The notes under the pieces are model-generated. The model did no database searches and was not told the origin of the DNA. It saw nothing but the letters and a program-made list of their open reading frames with translations. The position numbers and the translations under genes are program-made. From assembly GCA_964451165.1 (NCBI GenBank), contig CAYVGJ010000001.1, forward strand, positions 47,071 through 111,070: 64,000 nucleotides of DNA. The letters are read 5' to 3'. The DNA is from an uncultured bacterium (lineage in GTDB: Bacteria > Auribacterota > Auribacteria > Auribacterales > Auribacteraceae). Below, piece after piece: positions 55,798 to 64,000 of this stretch; the first letter of the stretch is position 1; each line of letters starts with the position of its first letter.

Positions 55798-56607
55798 ATG
55801 GGTGATCTATCAAGAATAAACACTAATGTATCGGCTTTAAGAAGTTTTCAAACTTTAACAAATATTAATACGAGGCTTGTAAAGAGCCAGGAACAAATAT
55901 CTACCGGTAAAGTTGTCAACAGGGCATCGGATAGTCCATCGGATTATTATATAACGCGAATGCTGGACACAAATATAAATTCGGTAAAACGGCAGAATTC
56001 AAATATTGAGCGCGGTATAAATTTTCTGCAGACCAACGACAGCCGTCTTGCCCAGGTAGCCAATATCCTGATTGAGATGAGTGATCTAGCCAATCAATCG
56101 AATTCAATAGCGGTTACGTCGGCTGAGAAACAAGCTATACAACAGGATCTAACCCAACTTGCTGAAGAAATCGAAGCGATTTTGCAAAGCGGTGTAAGCG
56201 CCAAACTTTATGCCGGATTTACTTTGGGCGGTTTAGAGAACGTAAAACTTACAGGGAACCTAACCGCTAATCCGCTGGGTAGTTTATCCTTGAATGGGAC
56301 AAACCTGAATGTTACCGGCTCGATGGTGGATATAGAAACAACCATAATGAATATTGATTCCGCATTGAATGTAATATTGCGCGATGAGGAACGGCTTGGA
56401 TCCTTTATAAAAAGGCTTGAGACTGAATATCAGATGAACGATGTGGAGGAAGTCAATTTGCGAGCATCTTTAAGCTCAATTCAGGATACCGACCTGGCAT
56501 CCGAGCAGATGGAATTGACTAAGCTGTCAATACTTCAGCAGGCATCGTTATCGATGTTGGCTCAGGCAAACTCCGCGCCGCAATCGGTAATGCAATTGTT
56601 CTCATAA
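55798..56607 (+). CDS. fliC: Flagellin 2 (269 aa)
   Basis: Same flagellin termini; paralog of flagellin 1. Confidence 0.9.
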   Translation: MGDLSRINTNVSALRSFQTLTNINTRLVKSQEQISTGKVVNRASDSPSDYYITRMLDTNINSVKRQNSNIERGINFLQTNDSRLAQVANILIEMSDLANQSNSIAVTSAEKQAIQQDLTQLAEEIEAILQSGVSAKLYAGFTLGGLENVKLTGNLTANPLGSLSLNGTNLNVTGSMVDIETTIMNIDSALNVILRDEERLGSFIKRLETEYQMNDVEEVNLRASLSSIQDTDLASEQMELTKLSILQQASLSMLAQANSAPQSVMQLFS

Positions 56608-56839
56608 GATTAGTTAGGAAAATTTGATGAGTGAAATTCACCAGAATAAGGCAAAGATAAAAATTGATAGCAAAAGTTGAATTAAACAAATAAGGCAAGA
56701 TTAAATGAACATAAAAGAAAGACCAAACAGGAGGATCATGAAAGAGTATCAACGAAGAGAAAATTAGTCTAAACAGGGAAAGTTAAAACTATAACGCAAC
56801 AAAAAAATGATCAATGTTAAAACCATGGAGGGAAAAAAC

Positions 56840-57649
56840 ATGGGTGATTTAGCGAGAATAAATACTAATGTGGCGGCTTTACGAAGTTTTCAGACACTGA
56901 CAAATATTAATACGCGATTGGTTACTGTACAGGAACATATATCAACCGGTAAGACTGTAAACAGAGCTTCCGATAGCCCGTCGGATTACTATATATCGAG
57001 AATGCTTGAGCGGGATATCAATTCGCTCAAACGCAAAAATGACAATATTGAGCGGGGTATAAATTATCTGCAGACCAACGACAGCCGGCTTGCTCAGGTA
57101 GCCAACATCCTGATTGAGATGAGCGATATGGCAAACCAGGCAAACTCGCTCGCGGTAACATCCGCTGAAAAACAGGCGATTCAACAGGACCTTGATCAGC
57201 TTAAATCTGAGATTGAGGCGATTCTGCAGAGCGGTGTAAGTCAGAAATTATATACCGGATTTACCCTTGGAGGACTGAAAAACGTAAAACTTACTGGTAA
57301 CCTTGTCCTGAATCCACTTGCGAACTTGACTCTAAACGGGACAAACATAAATGTAACAGGTAGCCAGACAGTACTTGACACAACGATACGGAATATCGAC
57401 AAAGCGCTTGATGTAGTCCTGCGCGATGAGGAACGGCTCGGCTCGTTTATACGCAGGCTGGAAGTGGAATCTGAAGTGAACGATGTTGAGGGAGTTAACC
57501 AGAAAGCCTCATTAAGTTCGATTCAGGATGCGGATTTGGCTGAAGAACAGCTCGAATACACAAAACTGAACATACTGCAACAGACATCTATGGCGATGAT
57601 GGCTCAGGCTAACACTGCACCGCAATCGATAATGCAGTTGTTCGGGTAA
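56840..57649 (+). CDS. fliC: Flagellin 3 (269 aa)
   Basis: Start moved to the ATG at 56840 (MGDLAR) by alignment with paralogs and the GGAGG SD. Confidence 0.9.
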   Translation: MGDLARINTNVAALRSFQTLTNINTRLVTVQEHISTGKTVNRASDSPSDYYISRMLERDINSLKRKNDNIERGINYLQTNDSRLAQVANILIEMSDMANQANSLAVTSAEKQAIQQDLDQLKSEIEAILQSGVSQKLYTGFTLGGLKNVKLTGNLVLNPLANLTLNGTNINVTGSQTVLDTTIRNIDKALDVVLRDEERLGSFIRRLEVESEVNDVEGVNQKASLSSIQDADLAEEQLEYTKLNILQQTSMAMMAQANTAPQSIMQLFG

Positions 57650-57664
57650 TATAAAAAATTTATG

Positions 57665-57705
57665 GTTGCGGCTGGTGGATAGTTTATACATCCTTCGGCC
57701 GCAAC
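57665..57705 (+). other. Long GC-rich hairpin after flagellin 3 (copy at 58741-58781), no U-tract
   Basis: GTTGCGGC / GCCGCAAC outer stem with an inner GGAT / ATCC stem. Confidence 0.5.
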
Positions 57706-57915
57706 GGAGAACGATGATGAAACTGTAAAAGTATTATATAACTACAAATTCGATGGATACTTGGAAAGGAATGGTGACTACTGATTGAGAATATGTGTGT
57801 ATAAAAGAAAATCTGTTTGGATTGGGAAAAATATAAAGGCTTAAATGATGATTGTGTAAACATCTTAAAATAAAATAATTATAAAAACAGATAAACATAT
57901 TTAAGGAGAAAACAA

Positions 57916-58725
57916 ATGGGTGATTTAGCAAGAGTTAATACTAATGTGTCTGCGTTGAGGTCGTTTCAAACCTTAACCGGGATTAACAACAGGCTTGTAA
58001 AAACACAGGAAGCGATTTCAACAGGCAAAGTCGTCAACAGAGCTTCCGATGCGCCGTCGGATTACTATATTTCAAGGATGTTGGAGAAGGATATTAACTC
58101 ATTGAAACGCAAAAACGACAACATCGAACGCGGTATCAATTTCCTGCAGACCAACGACAGCCGGCTCGCTCAGGTAGCCAACATCCTTATTGAGATGAGC
58201 GATATGGCGAACCAGGCGAATTCCATTGCTGTAACCTCAGCCGAGAAACAGGCTATCCAGCAGGATATAGATCAGTTGAAGATGGAAATCGAGAATATTC
58301 TTCATAGCGGTGTCAGCGCGAAATTGTATTCCGGGTTTACTCTTGGCGGGCTTGAGAACGTAAAACTTACAGGTAACCTCATAACCAATCCGCTTGGAAG
58401 TTTAACTCTTGACGGGACAAATCTGAATGTAACCGGAAGCCAGACAACCCTTGAGACAACGATACGGAATATCGACAAAGCGCTTGATATAGTCCTGCGC
58501 GATGAGGAACGGCTCGGCTCGTTTATCCGCAGGCTGGAAGTGGAATCGGAAGTAAACGATGTTGAGGGAGTTAACCAGAAAGCGTCATTAAGCTCGATTC
58601 AGGACGCGGATCTGGCTGAACAACAACTGGAATACACAAAACTGAGCATACTTCAACAAACATCTATGGCGATGATGGCTCAGGCTAACACTGCACCACA
58701 ATCGATAATGCAGTTGTTCGGGTAA
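57916..58725 (+). CDS. fliC: Flagellin 4 (269 aa)
   Basis: Flagellin termini; protein identical to flagellin 5. Confidence 0.9.
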   Translation: MGDLARVNTNVSALRSFQTLTGINNRLVKTQEAISTGKVVNRASDAPSDYYISRMLEKDINSLKRKNDNIERGINFLQTNDSRLAQVANILIEMSDMANQANSIAVTSAEKQAIQQDIDQLKMEIENILHSGVSAKLYSGFTLGGLENVKLTGNLITNPLGSLTLDGTNLNVTGSQTTLETTIRNIDKALDIVLRDEERLGSFIRRLEVESEVNDVEGVNQKASLSSIQDADLAEQQLEYTKLSILQQTSMAMMAQANTAPQSIMQLFG

Positions 58726-58991
58726 TATAAAAAATTTATGGTTGCGGCTGGTGGATAGTTTATACATCCTTCGGCCGCAACGGAGAACGATGATGAAACT
58801 GTAAAAGTATTATATAACTACAAATTCGATGGATACTTGGAAAGGAATGGTGACTACTGATTGAGAATATGTGTGTATAAAAGAAAATCTGTTTGGATTG
58901 GGAAAAATATAAAGGCTTAAATGATGATTGTGTAAACATCTTAAAATAAAATAATTATAAAAACAGATAAACATATTTAAGGAGAAAACAA

Positions 58992-59801
58992 ATGGGTGAT
59001 TTAGCAAGAGTTAATACTAATGTGTCTGCGTTGAGGTCGTTTCAAACCTTAACCGGGATTAACAACAGGCTTGTAAAAACACAGGAAGCGATTTCAACAG
59101 GCAAAGTCGTCAACAGAGCTTCCGATGCGCCGTCGGATTACTATATTTCAAGGATGTTGGAGAAGGATATTAACTCATTGAAACGCAAAAACGACAACAT
59201 CGAACGCGGTATCAATTTCCTGCAGACCAACGACAGCCGGCTCGCTCAGGTAGCCAACATCCTTATTGAGATGAGCGATATGGCGAACCAGGCGAATTCC
59301 ATTGCTGTAACCTCAGCCGAGAAACAGGCTATCCAGCAGGATATAGATCAGTTGAAGATGGAAATCGAGAATATTCTTCATAGCGGTGTCAGCGCGAAAT
59401 TGTATTCCGGGTTTACTCTTGGCGGGCTTGAGAACGTAAAACTTACAGGTAACCTCATAACCAATCCGCTTGGAAGTTTAACTCTTGACGGGACAAATCT
59501 GAATGTAACCGGAAGCCAGACAACCCTTGAGACAACGATACGGAATATCGACAAAGCGCTTGATATAGTCCTGCGCGATGAGGAACGGCTCGGCTCGTTT
59601 ATCCGCAGGCTGGAAGTGGAATCGGAAGTAAACGATGTTGAGGGAGTTAACCAGAAAGCGTCATTAAGCTCGATTCAGGACGCGGATCTGGCTGAACAAC
59701 AACTGGAATACACAAAACTGAGCATACTTCAACAAACATCTATGGCGATGATGGCTCAGGCTAACACTGCACCGCAATCAATAATGCAGTTGTTCGGTTA
59801 A
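58992..59801 (+). CDS. fliC: Flagellin 5 (269 aa)
   Basis: Flagellin termini; protein identical to flagellin 4. Confidence 0.88.
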   Translation: MGDLARVNTNVSALRSFQTLTGINNRLVKTQEAISTGKVVNRASDAPSDYYISRMLEKDINSLKRKNDNIERGINFLQTNDSRLAQVANILIEMSDMANQANSIAVTSAEKQAIQQDIDQLKMEIENILHSGVSAKLYSGFTLGGLENVKLTGNLITNPLGSLTLDGTNLNVTGSQTTLETTIRNIDKALDIVLRDEERLGSFIRRLEVESEVNDVEGVNQKASLSSIQDADLAEQQLEYTKLSILQQTSMAMMAQANTAPQSIMQLFG

Positions 59802-60046
59802 TTAAAACGCTTTTATGGAAGGGTTGGCTAATATGAAATTTGAATATGGTTTATGAAAAAAAGAGTGTTTGAATGTTATTGGATAATAAACAAAAGAAAA
59901 AGAATTAGAAACACCGAAAGGAGGAATTTTACACAAATTTAAATTAAAAAAAGAACCGGATTCAATATAAACATTGATTTATATAAGCCCTAAGGCTGTT
60001 TGCATGGAAGCAAACGAGGCGAAAAAACAAACAAGGAGGAATTAAA

Positions 60047-60856
60047 ATGGGTGATTTAGCAAGAGTAAACACAAACGTTGCTGCGTTGAGAGGTTTTCAA
60101 ACATTAACCAGTATCAATAACCGTCTGGTTAAAAGTCAGGAAGCTATATCGACGGGTAAAGTCGTAAACAGAGCATCAGATAGTCCGTCCGATTATTACA
60201 TATCGCGGACATTACAGAGAGATATCAACTCGCTTAAACGCAAAAACGACAACATTGAGCGCGGTGTGAATTTCCTGCAGACCAACGATAGCCGGTTGGC
60301 GCAGGTAGCCAATATCCTGATTGAGATGAGCGATATGGCAAACCAGGCAAACTCAATAGCTGTGACGTCGGCTGAGAAACAGGCAATCCAGCAGGATATT
60401 CAGCAATTGAGTATGGAGATAGAAAACATTCTGCAGAGCGGAGTCAGCGCCAAATTGTACACAGGATTTACGCTTGGCGGGCTAAAGAATGTGAAACTTA
60501 CTGGTAACCTGACTCAAAACGCACTTACAAAGCTGACTCTGGACGGAAATAACCTGAATGTTACAGGAAACCAGACAACACTTGACAGCACAATCAGGAA
60601 TATTGATAAGGCGCTTGATACGGTCTTAAGAGACGAGGAAAGGCTTGGTTCATTCATAAGAAGGTTGGATGTTGAATCAGAGGTGAATGAGGTTGAGGGT
60701 GTCAATCAGAAAGCATCGTTGAGCTCGATTCAGGATGCGGATCTGGCTGAACAACAGTTGGAGTTGACTAAACTAAGTATTCTTCAGCAGACATCTATCG
60801 CGATGCTTGCTCAGGCAAATTCGGCACCGCAATCTGTAATGCAGTTATTCGGATAA
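60047..60856 (+). CDS. fliC: Flagellin 6 (269 aa)
   Basis: Flagellin termini; ACAAGGAGGA SD. Confidence 0.9.
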   Translation: MGDLARVNTNVAALRGFQTLTSINNRLVKSQEAISTGKVVNRASDSPSDYYISRTLQRDINSLKRKNDNIERGVNFLQTNDSRLAQVANILIEMSDMANQANSIAVTSAEKQAIQQDIQQLSMEIENILQSGVSAKLYTGFTLGGLKNVKLTGNLTQNALTKLTLDGNNLNVTGNQTTLDSTIRNIDKALDTVLRDEERLGSFIRRLDVESEVNEVEGVNQKASLSSIQDADLAEQQLELTKLSILQQTSIAMLAQANSAPQSVMQLFG

Positions 60857-61111
60857 TAAAAGGAGGATTAAAATATAACAGTTAGGTTTATTTAAAAACT
60901 CAAACTGAATCAAAATCAAAACTTTGAAAAGGAGGTGATTAGTCCCTTAACGGCAGGATGATTATGTGAAATAAACAAATTCGGTGAACACAATCGATTC
61001 CTTTCGCTGGGGATAAACTGAAATGGACCTTATGAAAAGAGGATTTAATTAGATGAATTATGTATTTGACACGGAAGAAATTTTTCTGAAACAAAACAAG
61101 GAGGATTAACA

Positions 61112-61918
61112 ATGGGTGATTTAGCAAGAGTAAATACTAATGTTGCGGCTTTAAGAGGGTTCCAGACATTAACAAACATAAATAACAGGTTGGTAAAAAG
61201 TCAGGAAGCCATATCTACAGGTAAAATAGTAAACCGCGCATCCGACAGCCCTTCTGATTACTATATCTCGAGGACATTGGAGAGAGATATAAACTCGTTG
61301 CAACGAAAAAACGACAATATCGAACGCGGTATAAATTTCCTGCAAACCAATGATAGCCGTCTCGCTCAGGTAGCGAATATATTGATCGAGATGAGTGATA
61401 TGGCTAACCAGGCAAACTCTATCGCCGTAACATCGGCTGAAAAACAAGCCATCCAGCAGGATTTGAGTCAGTTGAAACTGGAAATCGAAAATATTCTGCA
61501 GAGTGGTGTCAGTGCCAAATTGTACACAGGGTTTACGCTTGGCGGATTGAAAAACGTGAAACTCACAGGTAACCTGACAGCTAACGCGATAACCACACTT
61601 ACTCTGGATGGAAACAACATGAACGTAACCGGAAACCAGGCGACACTTGACGCTACAATAAAAAATATTGATAAAGCGTTGTCGGTTGTATTGAGTGATG
61701 AGGAAAGGTTAGGTTCATTCATCCGCAGATTGGAAGTTGAATCGGATGTGAACGAAGTCGAAGGGTTAAATCAGAAAGCGTCGTTGAGTTCAATTCAGGA
61801 TGCTGATCTTGCGGAACAACAGTTGGAGTTAACAAAACTCAGTATACTCCAGCAAACAAGTATAGCGATGTTGGCTCAGGCAAATTCTGCGCCTCAATCT
61901 GTAATGCAGTTGTTCTAA
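61112..61918 (+). CDS. fliC: Flagellin 7 (268 aa)
   Basis: Flagellin termini; ACAAGGAGGA SD. Confidence 0.9.
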   Translation: MGDLARVNTNVAALRGFQTLTNINNRLVKSQEAISTGKIVNRASDSPSDYYISRTLERDINSLQRKNDNIERGINFLQTNDSRLAQVANILIEMSDMANQANSIAVTSAEKQAIQQDLSQLKLEIENILQSGVSAKLYTGFTLGGLKNVKLTGNLTANAITTLTLDGNNMNVTGNQATLDATIKNIDKALSVVLSDEERLGSFIRRLEVESDVNEVEGLNQKASLSSIQDADLAEQQLELTKLSILQQTSIAMLAQANSAPQSVMQLF

Positions 61919-61943
61919 TAATTGAATTGATATTGCGAATAAA

Positions 61944-61977
61944 TACCGGGAACCGTTACATGATACGGTTCCCGGTA
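61944..61977. other. Perfect 13-bp hairpin after flagellin 7 (terminator or mRNA-stabilising element)
   Basis: TACCGGGAACCGT / ACGGTTCCCGGTA, 8-nt loop; no U-tract on the + strand. Confidence 0.6.
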
Positions 61978-62178
61978 GAAAGAAATTAAAAATGGTTCTG
62001 TTTTACGGTAATAACATTAACATTCTTTTATTAAGGAGGTGCATTATTATGTAATTGATTTTGGTCAGAATGGATATGGATCTGGCGTATTGCGAATCAT
62101 ATCTTTTTCTGATCATGCTGTAAGAAGTATGTATAGTTCGCATGGACGCAAAAAACAAAACACATGGAGGAATTAAAA

Positions 62179-62985
62179 ATGGGTGATTTAGCAAGAGTAA
62201 ACACAAACGTTGCGGCTTTAAGAGGGTTCCAGACATTAACAGGTATAAACAACAGATTGGTAAAAAGTCAGGAAGCCATATCTACAGGTAAAATAGTAAA
62301 CCGCGCTTCAGACAGTCCTTCGGATTATTATATATCAAGGACTTTGGAGAGAGATATTAATTCATTGCAACGAAAAAACGACAATATCGAGCGCGGTATA
62401 AATTTCCTGCAAACCAATGATAGCCGTCTTGCTCAGGTAGCGAATATATTGATCGAGATGAGTGATATGGCTAACCAGGCAAACTCTATCGCCGTAACAT
62501 CGGCTGAAAAACAAGCCATCCAGCAGGATTTGAGTCAGTTGAAACTGGAAATCGAAAATATTCTGCAGAGTGGTGTCAGCGCCAAATTGTATACCGGATT
62601 CACACTTGGCGGATTGAAAAACGTAAAACTCACAGGTAACCTGACAACCAACCCAATAAGCTCGCTGACTCTGGATGGCACTAACCTTAACGTAACCGGT
62701 AATCAGGCATCGCTTGACGCTACAATAAAAAATATAGATACAGCGTTGTCGGTTGTATTGAGTGATGAGGAAAGATTAGGATCGTTTATCCGCAGGCTGG
62801 AGGTTGAATCGGATGTAAATGAAGTCGAGGGATTAAACCAGAAAGCATCATTGAGCTCAATTCAGGATGCGGATCTGGCTGAACAACAGTTGGAGTTGAC
62901 AAAACTCAGCATACTGCAGCAAACCAGTATAGCGATGTTGGCCCAGGCAAATTCAGCTCCGCAATCAGTAATGCAGTTGTTCTAA
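62179..62985 (+). CDS. fliC: Flagellin 8 (268 aa)
   Basis: Start moved to the ATG at 62179 (MGDLAR) after ACATGGAGGA. Confidence 0.9.
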   Translation: MGDLARVNTNVAALRGFQTLTGINNRLVKSQEAISTGKIVNRASDSPSDYYISRTLERDINSLQRKNDNIERGINFLQTNDSRLAQVANILIEMSDMANQANSIAVTSAEKQAIQQDLSQLKLEIENILQSGVSAKLYTGFTLGGLKNVKLTGNLTTNPISSLTLDGTNLNVTGNQASLDATIKNIDTALSVVLSDEERLGSFIRRLEVESDVNEVEGLNQKASLSSIQDADLAEQQLELTKLSILQQTSIAMLAQANSAPQSVMQLF

Positions 62986-62997
62986 TTTAAAAAAGTT

Positions 62998-63028
62998 AAG
63001 GCTGGGCAACATTGTTTTGCCCGGCCTT
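62998..63028. other. 12-bp hairpin after flagellin 8
   Basis: AAGGCTGGGCAA / TTGCCCGGCCTT (one G-U pair); no U-tract on the + strand. Confidence 0.55.
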
Positions 63029-63231
63029 GAGGGGATAAAATTTCTATAAAGGAGGTGATGCCATGACATGATCAAAGTAACATAAACCAAAAAATTTTGA
63101 TAGGAGGTGATGCCGGCTTATCAAATGAGAATGATTAGTTTTAAATTAACATTGCCGGATTGCATTGGATGGTTTAATCCGGCGCAAGGATGCGAATTAA
63201 GGCATTGAAAAAAAACAAGGAGGATTTTTAA

Positions 63232-64000
63232 ATGGGTGATTTAGCAAGAGTAAATACTAACGTTGCCGCATTAAAAGGTTTTCAAACATTAACGGACATA
63301 AACAAAAGACTGGTAAAGTCGCAGGAAGCTATATCGACAGGTAAAACCGTGAATCGCGCTTCCGATAGCCCTTCAGATTACTATATCTCAAGGACTTTGG
63401 ACAGAGATATCAACTCTCTGAAACGCAAAAATGATAATATCGAACGCGGTATAAATTTCCTGCAGACCAACGACAGCCGGCTCGCTCAGGTTGCGAACAT
63501 ATTGATCGAGATGAGCGATATGGCAAACCAGGCTAACAGCATCGCGGTAACATCGGCGGAAAAACAAGCCATCCAGCAGGATTTGGATCAGTTGAAACTG
63601 GAGATTGAAAATATCCTGCAAAGTGGAGTCAGCCAGAAACTCTATACAGGGTTTACACTTGGTGGATTGAAAGACGTGAAATTAACGGGTAATTTAACTT
63701 CAAATTCTTTAACAACTCTTACTCTTAACGGTACAAACTTAAACGTTACCGGGAGTCAGACAACACTCGACTCCACAATAAAAAATATCGATAACGCGTT
63801 GTCTGTTGTTTTGGGAGACGAGGAAAGATTGGGTTCTTTTATCCGTAGGCTGGAGGTTGAATCAGATGTAAATGAAGTTGAGGGGCTGAACCAGAAGGCA
63901 TCATTGAGCTCGATTCAGGATGCGGATCTTGCCGAGCAACAACTTGAGTTGACAAAGCTGAGCATACTACAGCAAACCAGTATAGCGATGCTCGCTCAGG
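63232..64000 (+). CDS. fliC: Flagellin 9, partial (truncated by the window end)
   Basis: Not in the ORF track. Manual translation gives MGDLARVNTNVAALKGFQTLTDINKRLVKSQEAISTG... to ...SILQQTSIAMLAQ, open at 64000. Confidence 0.9.
   Translation, partial: MGDLARVNTNVAALKGFQTLTDINKRLVKSQEAISTGKTVNRASDSPSDYYISRTLDRDINSLKRKNDNIERGINFLQTNDSRLAQVANILIEMSDMANQANSIAVTSAEKQAIQQDLDQLKLEIENILQSGVSQKLYTGFTLGGLKDVKLTGNLTSNSLTTLTLNGTNLNVTGSQTTLDSTIKNIDNALSVVLGDEERLGSFIRRLEVESDVNEVEGLNQKASLSSIQDADLAEQQLELTKLSILQQTSIAMLAQ

Larger units (their letters stand above)
57623..59773 (+). repeat. Tandem direct repeat with period 1,076 bp (57623-58697 = 58699-59773)
   Basis: No differences found on manual reading of the spacer plus flagellin in both copies; bounded by G57622 / A58698 / G59774. 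Confidence 0.9.

Noticed and set aside
57734-59007. Two identical 65-aa minus-strand ORFs (57734-57931, 58810-59007)
   Set aside because: By-products of the 1,076-bp duplication; low-complexity, with no SD.
54655-64000. Flagellinolysin-type (protease-bearing) or D2/D3-variable antigenic flagellins; CRISPR-like periodicity of the array
   Set aside because: The proteins are too short and have no HExxH insert; the periodicity is gene-scale, not repeat-spacer.

Overview
AT-rich bacterial chromosome segment from a diderm organism (lpxK and lpxL present). It is probably an anaerobe or microaerophile (flavodiiron protein, Na+-type ATP synthase signature). A PVC-like or candidate-phylum affiliation is only a tentative inference from RNase HIII, the long LpxK, a TIGR04073-like protein and the giant-protein N-terminus. 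The housekeeping backbone is lipid A genes, thrH, rnhC-rdgB-rph, an ECF sigma/anti-sigma pair, rsmI, an M48 protease, a complete F1Fo operon, parAB and mnmG. Three loci stand out. (1) A 4,825-aa Sec-exported giant protein (7196-21673) built from three long internal repeats, each with an intact JAB/MPN+ metal motif, plus two HExxH modules; it lies divergent from a TPR/beta-barrel (Slam-like) gene. (2) An F1Fo operon with both a double-hairpin c subunit (second hairpin E->Q) and a single-hairpin c subunit with a two-carboxylate Na+ motif. (3) A tandem array of at least nine minimal, divergent flagellins (54655 to the window end). It follows one sigma-28-like promoter, contains an exact ~1,076-bp tandem duplication, and has spacers carrying a gene-specific number of CsrA-type CANGGANG sites. 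No tRNA, rRNA, CRISPR array or transposase was recognised. All family assignments come from motif recognition by eye; no searches were run.
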